Virus record (IMG/VR): IMGVR_UViG_3300028558_000016
Coordinates: 418,157 to 482,156 of that record
Direction: 5' to 3' (one strand)
DNA length: 64,000 nucleotides
The position numbers were made by a program, and so were the translations under genes. The notes beneath the pieces are model-generated. The model was given only the letters and a program-made list of their open reading frames with translations, ran no database searches and was not told where the DNA came from. Below, piece after piece: positions 46,068 to 54,596 of the stretch; within the stretch, counting starts at the first letter, position 1; every line of letters starts with the position of its first letter.

Positions 46068-46405
46068 TATTCTGTTCTTAAAGGCCAATTCTTCTTTATT
46101 CCTTCTATGTTAGCATTAAGCCATTCCTTTGCAGCCTCTAACGTCTCAGACTCATGTTTCAATGTAATCCACTTCCACTTGCAATTAGGATTGTCATCCG
46201 TTATGGTTGTCCCGTTCTTCATGACCATGAACCTAATCTTAAATGGCTTCTCTGGGTTAATACTTCCAACTTCAAAACCTTTAAGCTTAATATGATGACT
46301 TGAACTATAGAATGATCTGTAACGTCCGGTAGGTTTTTCAGTTTTGAACGTGAACTTTTCAACTGCTTCATTCAAGAAGTTTTCATATAGTTTTACGTGT
46401 TTCAT
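46067..46405 (-). CDS. Motif-bearing small protein
   Basis: Starts MKHVKLYENFLNE. Confidence 0.75.
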   Translation of the reverse strand: MKHVKLYENFLNEAVEKFTFKTEKPTGRYRSFYSSSHHIKLKGFEVGSINPEKPFKIRFMVMKNGTTITDDNPNCKWKWITLKHESETLEAAKEWLNANIEGIKKNWPLRTE

Positions 46406-46695
46406 TATTTAAAGTCTTTCAGCCAGCCTTTTTGCTCTGCATATTTTGCATGTTCTGTGTCAAGCTGTGTTGTATCTCCTTCAACATCGTTCACCATCAA
46501 TTGAAGCGCATCATCTATGGTTGCAGGAGTTATTTCTCCTCTTAACATTCCGAAGAAGAAATATTCTGTTCCAGCTTGCATGTCATCTAAAACTTTCTTT
46601 TGTTCTGGAGTTGCAACTGACATAACCTTCTTTGCCTTTTCTGTATTATCGGTTTTCTCGTTTAAGAAACCTTCAAACAATTTAATGTGCTTCAT
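46405..46695 (-). CDS. Motif-bearing small protein
   Basis: Starts MKHIKLFEGFLNE. Confidence 0.75.
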   Translation of the reverse strand: MKHIKLFEGFLNEKTDNTEKAKKVMSVATPEQKKVLDDMQAGTEYFFFGMLRGEITPATIDDALQLMVNDVEGDTTQLDTEHAKYAEQKGWLKDFK

Positions 46696-46702
46696 ATATT
46701 TA

Positions 46703-46999
46703 TTAATCTATTCTTAATGCACCTTGCATGTGGCCAAACAGGTAAACCCCGTAAGCTGATGTGAACTCAATCGTATAACCAACAAGATCTCCTCCTTTGG
46801 TGTTTCTAAATTGCTTGAATTCAGATACGTGTTTCTGGTCCTTCATTTTTGTAAGAATGTTCTCTACGTTGGAAACCTGATCCTGACCAAATGAAACATC
46901 CAGTGTTACTGGAACTTTTTCTTTTGGAAATCCATCTCTGAATTTTGTCGTATCATTTTCTGAAGCACCAAAATTTTCAAATAATTTTATGTTTTTCAT
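46703..46999 (-). CDS. Motif-bearing small protein
   Basis: Starts MKNIKLFENF. Confidence 0.75.
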   Translation of the reverse strand: MKNIKLFENFGASENDTTKFRDGFPKEKVPVTLDVSFGQDQVSNVENILTKMKDQKHVSEFKQFRNTKGGDLVGYTIEFTSAYGVYLFGHMQGALRID

Positions 47000-47280
47000 T
47001 ATTTAATTTTTTCTATTTGTGAAATAATATCCTTCTTCAAAGCGGCTTTTATTCCAGGAGACAAAGCATCTCCAGCTTCATCCAATGCAGCCTTTGCTTT
47101 CTTGGTGAATTCATCAAGAGCTTTAATAAGATCTTCCACGGCTTTCTTTGGTTTACCGTATTTGTAATCATCGTACGTCAACCAATGGCTCAATTCAGCT
47201 TCATTGATTCCGCTAATTTGTGCTAATCTTGCTTTTAATTCGCTGGTATCGAATTTTTCAAATTGTTTGATGTTCTTCAT
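46999..47280 (-). CDS. Motif-bearing small protein
   Basis: Starts MKNIKQFEKF. Confidence 0.75.
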   Translation of the reverse strand: MKNIKQFEKFDTSELKARLAQISGINEAELSHWLTYDDYKYGKPKKAVEDLIKALDEFTKKAKAALDEAGDALSPGIKAALKKDIISQIEKIK

Positions 47281-47573
47281 TACAATTTCTTTATTTCTTG
47301 TGCTAAGTCATCGAAGTTTGAATCTTCCAATGCGTATGAAGCAACATCTATAATCTTGTCGCCATCCCACTCACAAAACTTAGATACGATTATTCCAAGA
47401 ACCTGTTCGTCAGTTATCTTTCCAGACTTCTGTGCTTCAGGCGTGAATATCACACTCTTGCAATAAGCTATAATCGGAGTTAAATGTTCCTTGATATAAG
47501 CTTCTGTGTTCTCAGGAACCTTTGTGAAAGGAGCTGAAACCTCATTTAAGAATTCGTCGAATTTCTTTATCAT
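47280..47573 (-). CDS. Motif-bearing small protein
   Basis: Starts MIKKFDEFLNE. Confidence 0.75.
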   Translation of the reverse strand: MIKKFDEFLNEVSAPFTKVPENTEAYIKEHLTPIIAYCKSVIFTPEAQKSGKITDEQVLGIIVSKFCEWDGDKIIDVASYALEDSNFDDLAQEIKKL

Positions 47574-48097
47574 TATGCTGCTTGTTTAAATTTACCTGCT
47601 TTCATCTGTTCTTTCCATTCCTTCCATAAATCGAAATAAGATCTCTTGAAGTAATCCTTGCCATAATCCTTAAGGAGGTCAAGGTCCTTCAACATCTGCA
47701 ATTTCTCATTAGCAATCTTTGCCGTTGCAGCAAACATTACTCCTGAGCTTTGTCCTATCATCCATTCCCAATTTGCAATTCCTTTTGTGTAACCATACTT
47801 GTCAACACAAACGTAAGAAGCTTCATCTTGTAAATACAAATCAAAATACTTTGAACCTTCTGATGCCATCATGCCAACCGGTTTTGGAGCCGGAGCCATT
47901 CTTGGTCTTACCTCATCTACGTCTTTTATTTTGTCTGCATATCTTTTCTTTTCTGAATCATCTTCATTGACAGGTGCCTTTTCCGATTTTGCATCGAATA
48001 AATCTCCAAATGCATCATCATCCCAAGTTGTGTCAGGTTTAGTTTCTCCTGGATCTTGCTCGTTGAGGAAAGCCTCATATAGTTTTACGTGTTTCAT
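47573..48097 (-). CDS. Motif-bearing protein
   Basis: Starts MKHVKLYEAFLNE. Confidence 0.75.
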   Translation of the reverse strand: MKHVKLYEAFLNEQDPGETKPDTTWDDDAFGDLFDAKSEKAPVNEDDSEKKRYADKIKDVDEVRPRMAPAPKPVGMMASEGSKYFDLYLQDEASYVCVDKYGYTKGIANWEWMIGQSSGVMFAATAKIANEKLQMLKDLDLLKDYGKDYFKRSYFDLWKEWKEQMKAGKFKQAA

Positions 48098-48098
48098 A

Positions 48099-48434
48099 TT
48101 ATTCGTCTTTTTTCATTAATTGAGCTACCTGAGATCTTTCTACTTTCACTGTGTCTCCAATTTTCACATTGTGCACGACAGCAGGATCGTTATCAAGCTT
48201 TCCTTCAAAATGATCTGCGTCAACAACCTTCTCAATGTTAACCCACATCCATTCGACTTCCTCATCTTCTATGAAAGCAATCTTAACCCAATCTCCAATT
48301 TCTACAGGAGTCTTTGCGTTATCGTCTTGCCATTTTTTAAGTCTTGCATATCCTGCATCCTTATGAAGAATTCCAAGATTTTCAATTGGTTCTCTTTCTT
48401 CGTTAAATTCTCCGAATTGTTTAATGCGGTTCAT
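48099..48434 (-). CDS. Motif-bearing DUF2314 (YegJ-like) protein
   Basis: Starts MNRIKQFGEFNE; EWMWVNI..FEGKLDNDP..VKIGDTV. Confidence 0.7.
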   Translation of the reverse strand: MNRIKQFGEFNEEREPIENLGILHKDAGYARLKKWQDDNAKTPVEIGDWVKIAFIEDEEVEWMWVNIEKVVDADHFEGKLDNDPAVVHNVKIGDTVKVERSQVAQLMKKDE

Positions 48435-48435
48435 A

Positions 48436-48807
48436 TTATTTTCTTTGGTTTTTGAAATGATTATTAAACTTCATCTGTTGAATAAAATCTTGTCTCTTCA
48501 ATGATTTGAGAACCGCACCATACGCTTCCCACGCATCTCCAAGGTTAATGTGTTGTAAAGTGATATTATCTCCACCATTATCTTTGGTAACTCTGTATTG
48601 TGCACGTCCGTCACCCATAGGCATCTCCCAAATAAAACCAACGAGATTTTGTTCTGTTGCTTTATCAGAAGCTTCTTCCAATTCCTTTTCTACTTTGTTA
48701 TATTCAGCTTCATCTTTATCCCAACCTATGAGAGTTTCTTTAGGATACGATTCCTTTTCAAGCTTTGCTTCTCCCAAGAAGCTTTCAAATAATTTTAATC
48801 TTTTCAT
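48436..48807 (-). CDS. Motif-bearing small protein
   Basis: Starts MKRLKLFESFLGE. Confidence 0.75.
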   Translation of the reverse strand: MKRLKLFESFLGEAKLEKESYPKETLIGWDKDEAEYNKVEKELEEASDKATEQNLVGFIWEMPMGDGRAQYRVTKDNGGDNITLQHINLGDAWEAYGAVLKSLKRQDFIQQMKFNNHFKNQRK

Positions 48808-49415
48808 TTCTTAATTTCTTTTACTTTTGGAAGAGCTAATACTTTCTTTAAATCGTCTTCGGTGATATAGAATTTTCCTCTTGCTTCTATTCCTCCACCA
48901 AGTACAATATTCCCATCAGCATCGATCTTTGACCATGAATACATTGGAAAATGCATGTTCATTGCTTCAGTTTCTTCTTCAGTTAAATCTCTCTTTATAG
49001 GTTCTTTAGGAAGTGTTGGCTTGTCAAATTGCTTTACCAACTTCATTGCTTCAGTTGATTCGTTTACAAACGAAACCTCAGACTCATTTATTCTTACAGT
49101 CTTTTCAAAATCGTCAAAGCTTTTCATGTTGTATATATTTTGATTATTCTCGAACAATCCAGGATATAAATGAACCATGTCAGGCATTGGAAGGGGATCA
49201 ACCTCTTGCAATAAATTCAAGATGTCATCACCTATTTCCTTTGTAGGAAAACTAACTTCGTATGTGACATCCTTGCCACTTCTGCTTTCTTCCTTAACTG
49301 AAGCTCCAAGAACTTCAAGTCTCATTATGATATTGTCATCAAGATTATACATCGTGATTATTCCTGAATTAGCAACATTGTACTCGTTAAGGAAATCTTC
49401 AAATAGCTTTATCAT
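48804..49415 (-). CDS. Motif-bearing protein, apparent fusion of two cassettes
   Basis: Starts MIKLFEDFLNE; internal in-frame MKSFDDFE..INE at 49127 preceded by AATATATA. Confidence 0.7.
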   Translation of the reverse strand: MIKLFEDFLNEYNVANSGIITMYNLDDNIIMRLEVLGASVKEESRSGKDVTYEVSFPTKEIGDDILNLLQEVDPLPMPDMVHLYPGLFENNQNIYNMKSFDDFEKTVRINESEVSFVNESTEAMKLVKQFDKPTLPKEPIKRDLTEEETEAMNMHFPMYSWSKIDADGNIVLGGGIEARGKFYITEDDLKKVLALPKVKEIKK

Positions 49416-49460
49416 TTTTTAGGTTTGGTTTTAGGTTTTTTAGGAAAGCAACACATGTTA

Positions 49461-49763
49461 TTATTTGTTTATGTCTAATAGTTCTTTGATGATGTACTTC
49501 TTATTCTTCTCATACATTTTCTTTTCATCTTCGGTGAACGATGGAGCACACATTCTTTTGTACACATCTTCAATGACTTGTATCTTTGTCTTCTCTTCAA
49601 GAAACTTAAACAGCTTATTACCCTTCATTAACCCTGAAATATCATCGTTAATGTCTTTGATTAGTTTTTCTTTAGAATCTTCCACATCATTTTTTCCAAT
49701 CGCATATTTACTGTGCGTTGCATAATGAGCATCCAATCCCTCGAAAGTTTTTAGGTTTTTCAT
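49461..49763 (-). CDS. Motif-bearing small protein
   Basis: Starts MKNLKTFEG. Confidence 0.7.
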   Translation of the reverse strand: MKNLKTFEGLDAHYATHSKYAIGKNDVEDSKEKLIKDINDDISGLMKGNKLFKFLEEKTKIQVIEDVYKRMCAPSFTEDEKKMYEKNKKYIIKELLDINK

Positions 49764-50170
49764 TTGTTTTTCTTTTTTAGTTCATCTTTTATCTCGATCA
49801 CAAGTCTCTCTACGTTATTCAATTGCTTCTTTATTTGTCTTATCTCTTTCTCAGCCTTCATGTCAATATCCAAATCCTGCATGGATCTCTTTCTGTCTCG
49901 CTCCTCAACTCTTCTTTGGCTCATCATAATTATGGGAGCCTGTAATGCTGCCACTGTTGATAATATCAAATTCAGTAATATGAATGGATATGGATCAAAC
50001 GGCTTCCAAAGAAATTGAACAGAATTTATTATCATCCACAAGAACAAAAATCCAAGGAACGATAATATGAATGCCCAGCTTCCACCAAACTTCGATATTT
50101 TGTCAGAGACTCTATCTGCAAATGAAAGAATTTCTTCTTCGTTTCCTATTGTAGAATTTTGGTCTTTCAT
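49760..50170 (-). CDS. DUF1003-family membrane protein
   Basis: FGGSWAFI..FDPYPFILLNLILSTVAALQAPIIMMSQ. Confidence 0.9.
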   Translation of the reverse strand: MKDQNSTIGNEEEILSFADRVSDKISKFGGSWAFILSFLGFLFLWMIINSVQFLWKPFDPYPFILLNLILSTVAALQAPIIMMSQRRVEERDRKRSMQDLDIDMKAEKEIRQIKKQLNNVERLVIEIKDELKKKNK

Positions 50171-50385
50171 TAAATACCTTCTTTTATTGATTTAGCATCT
50201 TTTTTCGTGAGATATTGATTTATGTAAACAACCAATAAATCCGCCTTAGGATTAACACCATCAACTTCTTCTGCGTTTGATGTTAATTGTTCCAACAAAT
50301 TGTCTAATTCTTTTGTATGAAAATAAGCATCATCACCATGTGGACCTGCTTCATTTAATTCGTTAAATCCTTTTATGTTTTTCAT
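50170..50385 (-). CDS. Motif-bearing small protein
   Basis: Starts MKNIKGFNELNE. Confidence 0.7.
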   Translation of the reverse strand: MKNIKGFNELNEAGPHGDDAYFHTKELDNLLEQLTSNAEEVDGVNPKADLLVVYINQYLTKKDAKSIKEGI

Positions 50386-50386
50386 G

Positions 50387-50875
50387 TTAGTCAAGTCTTA
50401 TATCTATTATAGATGGAATTTGTTTGTGCAATGCACCTAAAGTTCCATTGTGTCCATACATCATACTGCTCGTGTTTCTGAACGGTTTAGGTAGATCTTC
50501 ATACGCATCTGACGGATTTAATTCATCATCCAATTTAATGAAAACAGTATTAACACCACCAGTTGATTCTCCGTCTTCGAATATATCGTATCCTTCAACA
50601 AAAATATCCAATTCTGGAATGTATCCTAAATAAGACTCTTGTCCATCAACTTCTCCTGAATCTCCTTTTAATTGGTTATCGGCAAATTCCATTAAAACTT
50701 TCATATAGATCTTATCAAAGAATTCATTTCCTCTGTATGTCAACTTATCATGGTAGTGATCGTTGATCACCTTTGTTGCTTCTGCGTGATTCATGCCTTT
50801 AGTTGCAGTAATCTCAAACTTTTCTTTTCCAACTTTTTCACCAAGGAACGACTCAAATAATTTAATATGTTTCAT
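50387..50875 (-). CDS. Motif-bearing protein
   Basis: Starts MKHIKLFESFLGE. Confidence 0.75.
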   Translation of the reverse strand: MKHIKLFESFLGEKVGKEKFEITATKGMNHAEATKVINDHYHDKLTYRGNEFFDKIYMKVLMEFADNQLKGDSGEVDGQESYLGYIPELDIFVEGYDIFEDGESTGGVNTVFIKLDDELNPSDAYEDLPKPFRNTSSMMYGHNGTLGALHKQIPSIIDIRLD

Positions 50876-50881
50876 AAGATA

Positions 50882-51193
50882 TTAGTTTTTTGGAATTCCA
50901 TAATCATTTTGAGCTGCCTCAATGTCAGATATAATAAGATCTTTTAATTGAGAAGCAATCTTCTGGTATTCTTCATGAAGCTTGATCATCTTATCAAACG
51001 CAGATCCATTATGTTTTCTTGCTTCGATGTATTCATCGAAGTCACCGCCAAATAATCCTTCTTCTTGTGCTATTTCAAATGCACCATAGAAATTATATTT
51101 CTCGCAAGCAGCATCAAAAAGTTTTAAACCTTCTAAGTTGATTTCGTTTTCGTCATTCTCATTGAGCTCATCAAATCTTTTTATATTCTTCAT
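50882..51193 (-). CDS. Motif-bearing small protein
   Basis: Starts MKNIKRFDELNE. Confidence 0.75.
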   Translation of the reverse strand: MKNIKRFDELNENDENEINLEGLKLFDAACEKYNFYGAFEIAQEEGLFGGDFDEYIEARKHNGSAFDKMIKLHEEYQKIASQLKDLIISDIEAAQNDYGIPKN

Positions 51194-51205
51194 GTTAGTT
51201 ATTGT

Positions 51206-51490
51206 TTATTTCAATTCAAATAATTTTACGAACTTTTTAAGTTCTCCTGAATCTCCTTCAGAATTTTTGCTTATTACAAGTACCATATTATCCGTAACGA
51301 ATTGTGCATCACAGTTTGCTTGTTCAGCAACGGATCTAATCCATTTTACTTTATTTGGAATGTTCTTATTGTTAGACAAGTAAAGAACTATAGCATTATC
51401 GTATCCTGAAATCTCTTCAGATGTTTGATAACTGTTTTGTGAACCTTCATTTAGTTCATTTAGTTCATTGAAGTTCTTAATGTTTTTCAT
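51206..51490 (-). CDS. Motif-bearing small protein
   Basis: Starts MKNIKNFNELNELNE. Confidence 0.75.
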   Translation of the reverse strand: MKNIKNFNELNELNEGSQNSYQTSEEISGYDNAIVLYLSNNKNIPNKVKWIRSVAEQANCDAQFVTDNMVLVISKNSEGDSGELKKFVKLFELK

Positions 51491-51740
51491 AGTTCTTCAT
51501 TTTATTTTCGTAATCATTGATTTGCTCCATTGACAACCATTCAGGCTTTTCTTTTAAAGCATTCCATATCTTTTTCATTTCAGCGATCTGTTTTTCAACA
51601 GACCCTTGATGTAAAACTCTTTCAGAACCTTTTCCATAATTCAAGAAATATTCACAATCTGATTGTAATCTATTAAGCATCATGTAATCAAATTCTGTAC
51701 CTTCGTTTAAAAATGCTTCGTATAATTTTATATTCTTCAT
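51477..51740 (-). CDS. Motif-bearing small protein
   Basis: Starts MKNIKLYEAFLNE. Confidence 0.75.
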   Translation of the reverse strand: MKNIKLYEAFLNEGTEFDYMMLNRLQSDCEYFLNYGKGSERVLHQGSVEKQIAEMKKIWNALKEKPEWLSMEQINDYENKMKNYEKH

Positions 51741-51761
51741 GGATGTCAATTTATTTCTATC

Positions 51762-51796
51762 AAAAAAGGCGAAGAGAATTCTCCCCTCGCCTTTTT
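51762..51796 (-). terminator. Terminator after the tail sheath gene
   Basis: ggcgagggg/ctcttcgcc stem with G-U pairs and a U tract on the - strand. Confidence 0.75.
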
Positions 51797-51818
51797 AGCT
51801 TTTTTGTTAGTTATGTGA

Positions 51819-54527
51819 TTACGCGATTGTAAATCCACCAGATGCAATTGCACCTGTTTTCGCGATCGTGATTCTGTTGATGAACTTGTGAATTCCTCTT
51901 GCAGGCTCTACAACGATGTCGATTATTCCCATGTTGTTGTCGATAATCTCTGGCGTGTTGTTTGAGCTGTCCATGATGGTCACGAAGTTGAAGATACCAC
52001 CAGCTGATTGTACACCTTCTAAGTAGCTATCCACTTTAGATTTTATTTCCAATCTGATTGAAGGATCGTTGAACTCAAATAAGTAGTTACTTAAGATTGT
52101 TTCAGTATCCTCTTCGATTGTGATTAACAAATCACGTACGTGCAAGTTGTTCAATGCTGAGTTCACTCTTTGGAAACCTGTTTGGTTAGCGAAGATCATG
52201 ACACCAACACCTCTTCTTCTGATGATCGGATTGATACCGAATGGCTCAAGGAATGCTCTGTCATCGTCAGTGAAGTCGTATTCAACTCCAACTAAGTTTG
52301 GATCAGAGATTAAACCTCTTCTTGAACCTGCAACGATTGCGAATGGAGTTCCGTTCAAGAATTTCTGAACGAAAAGATTCGATACCAATGCAGATGGAGG
52401 AACAGAAATATTCTTATTGTTCTCTCTCAAGATGATGAACGGTGCGAAGTATCCAACGTATTTAGAACCTAAAGTCTCGTCGACAAGCGTGTATGAGAAG
52501 CTTGGATTCAAGTCTTGGTTACCACCGTCAGGAATAAATCTGATGTCCAATATCGGTTTTGGATTGCTTGCTGTTGGTGCATCAGTAAATTTAGGGTCTG
52601 TGCTGTCTGTAAATTGCTTCATTGATGGAGCATTTAATAACGCAAGACATTTCTTTCTACCAACTGCAATTTGTGCAAGTCTGTTTTTAGAGTTCGGCTC
52701 AAGACCACCCCAGAATGTATCAACGATATATCTGAACGTGATGATGTCCTTGCTTTGAAGCGATGTTGCAATGTTAGTGTTGAACATTACATCTAAGATC
52801 TCATTCATTCTAAGGTCTGAACCATTAGGCATGTGAGTGTCTTTCAAAGTGAAACCTTTTAGGTAATTGAATTGTAATTCAGTTACGAAATCCTGAAGTC
52901 TTTGGAATTTCTGAACTCTGTTCGAAGAATAGAATTTAATTGAAACTCCGCAAGTGATCTTCACATTTCCAATAAGGTCGTATTGTGATTTCTTAATTAC
53001 TCTTGTTAATCTTGCACCTGAAGCGTCAACAAGTAAGTCACCGATGTTGATGCTCTTTGCATCAGCGTTAGTAACGATACACTCGTTGTTTGTGATAGGC
53101 TTCTGAGGATCTGCAGAGATTGTAGAGAAGAATTCGTTGTATGTTCCATAAAGAGAAACGATGTCCCATTTAGAACCTGTAACTAAAGCTCCTGCTGAGC
53201 TGTAAGTTGTTCCAGATGAAACGATGTTTTCTTGCGATGCGAATGTGTCGTCATCGTAAGCTCTAACTTCTACGTATGGATCTCCAAAGCTGTCTGTGAA
53301 TGGGAAGAACTTCAAGAACTGTTTTGTTCCGATGTTATTCTTGATGATGTAGTCACCGTCAGTGATCACACCAGATTTCCAGTCATTATAAACGTCAGTT
53401 CCATTTGGGAAACCACCGCTTGGTCCGTATGCAACAAAGATGTCGAACGGAGAAGAGTAAGTAAGATACGATGGCGAAATGTCATCATACACTTGGTCAT
53501 TCTTCAATGGAGCCTTGTAAGAAATTAAATCGATGTGATCTTGTCCACCAACTAAAGCTGCGATCAAGTTGTGACCAACTAAATCTATTTTGCTTGAATT
53601 GTTTTCTAAGTTATCGAGAGCAAGCTTATTAACAGCACAGAATAATCCTGTGATTGCTGTTGAGTTGTTCACGAGAGTTTCTATAGATTGGTTAGAACCG
53701 TTTGCGTCTCTTAAATCAGGGATGATGCAACCTGTGATGGAAGCAACAAGACTAATTTCAGGACGTGAAGTAAATTCATCTAAAAGATCTTTCTTGAAAC
53801 CTTTTACATCAAAATATTTGCTGTAAATAGGATCGATGGAAAGATTTGCGTAATCTGTCCAATCACCTGCAACTGCTACCACGTCAACGAAGAAATCGCT
53901 GATGTAATCGTTGTCATCTAAGAAATCAGGTTTTGGAGTTCCTAAGCTGCTGTACCATTCTTTTGCAGTAAGGTCGTAACCTTTAACCGCAGATTTTCTC
54001 ACTATCAAAGATAATGGAGTTTTTCCAAGGTTAACGAAATCGAAAAGCTTTGGCTCATCGATAACAGAAACTGTTGCTAAGAAATATTCAGGATCTGGGA
54101 ACCAGAATTTTTGCTTGTTGTAGAACGAGCTTGCAAGTCTTGGAGTAAGAACTCCGTTGAATTCAGCTGTGTCAATTGAGAAAGCTCTATAATTTACTTT
54201 GTCAGAATTATCTGGCGAAGTTGTTGTGTCGTCGTTAAGAGCGAGAAGATTCAGTGCAAACACTGGACCTGTTGATAAACAGGTGAACAAACTTCTGTGG
54301 AAAAATGATCCTTTTCTTTCGAGAGATGTGTCAATGTCGCCGAATACTGTTCTTGCAGTTTTGATGTCAGGACAGAAAACAGGTGCATTGAAAGGTCCTT
54401 GTTTAGAGAAACCTACAACAAGTCTAACCGTTTGTGGGGTCAGCGTAATGTTTTCTGATTGATCAAATTCGAGCGTGTAAATTCCCGAAGCTTTAAATTT
54501 GTTCAAATCTAATCTGATAGTTGCCAT
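51819..54527 (-). CDS. gp18: Contractile tail sheath protein (T4 gp18-like)
   Basis: ASGIYTLEFDQS..LVVGFSKQGPFNAPV; C-terminal VPPSALV..AGSRRG..INPI..LNNLHVRDLLITIE..DSSNNTPEIIDNN..VEPAR. Confidence 0.95.
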   Translation of the reverse strand: MATIRLDLNKFKASGIYTLEFDQSENITLTPQTVRLVVGFSKQGPFNAPVFCPDIKTARTVFGDIDTSLERKGSFFHRSLFTCLSTGPVFALNLLALNDDTTTSPDNSDKVNYRAFSIDTAEFNGVLTPRLASSFYNKQKFWFPDPEYFLATVSVIDEPKLFDFVNLGKTPLSLIVRKSAVKGYDLTAKEWYSSLGTPKPDFLDDNDYISDFFVDVVAVAGDWTDYANLSIDPIYSKYFDVKGFKKDLLDEFTSRPEISLVASITGCIIPDLRDANGSNQSIETLVNNSTAITGLFCAVNKLALDNLENNSSKIDLVGHNLIAALVGGQDHIDLISYKAPLKNDQVYDDISPSYLTYSSPFDIFVAYGPSGGFPNGTDVYNDWKSGVITDGDYIIKNNIGTKQFLKFFPFTDSFGDPYVEVRAYDDDTFASQENIVSSGTTYSSAGALVTGSKWDIVSLYGTYNEFFSTISADPQKPITNNECIVTNADAKSINIGDLLVDASGARLTRVIKKSQYDLIGNVKITCGVSIKFYSSNRVQKFQRLQDFVTELQFNYLKGFTLKDTHMPNGSDLRMNEILDVMFNTNIATSLQSKDIITFRYIVDTFWGGLEPNSKNRLAQIAVGRKKCLALLNAPSMKQFTDSTDPKFTDAPTASNPKPILDIRFIPDGGNQDLNPSFSYTLVDETLGSKYVGYFAPFIILRENNKNISVPPSALVSNLFVQKFLNGTPFAIVAGSRRGLISDPNLVGVEYDFTDDDRAFLEPFGINPIIRRRGVGVMIFANQTGFQRVNSALNNLHVRDLLITIEEDTETILSNYLFEFNDPSIRLEIKSKVDSYLEGVQSAGGIFNFVTIMDSSNNTPEIIDNNMGIIDIVVEPARGIHKFINRITIAKTGAIASGGFTIA

Positions 54528-54551
54528 CCTTATTAGTGGTTATATTTTATT

Positions 54552-54559
54552 TATATATT
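54552..54559 (-). promoter_or_regulatory. Putative late promoter upstream of the sheath gene
   Basis: - strand aaATATATAAATA, which also contains the T4 late consensus TATAAATA. Confidence 0.6.
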
Positions 54560-54596
54560 TTTTACCGAGCCAAAAATTCCCGTTAAAACAGCAATC

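Noticed and set aside
39612-51740. Regularly recurring DNA repeats as a CRISPR array or integron attC sites
   Set aside because: The repeats are degenerate, in-frame coding 5' ends spaced 0.2-1 kb apart, with no palindromic attC structure and no integrase or cas operon in the window.
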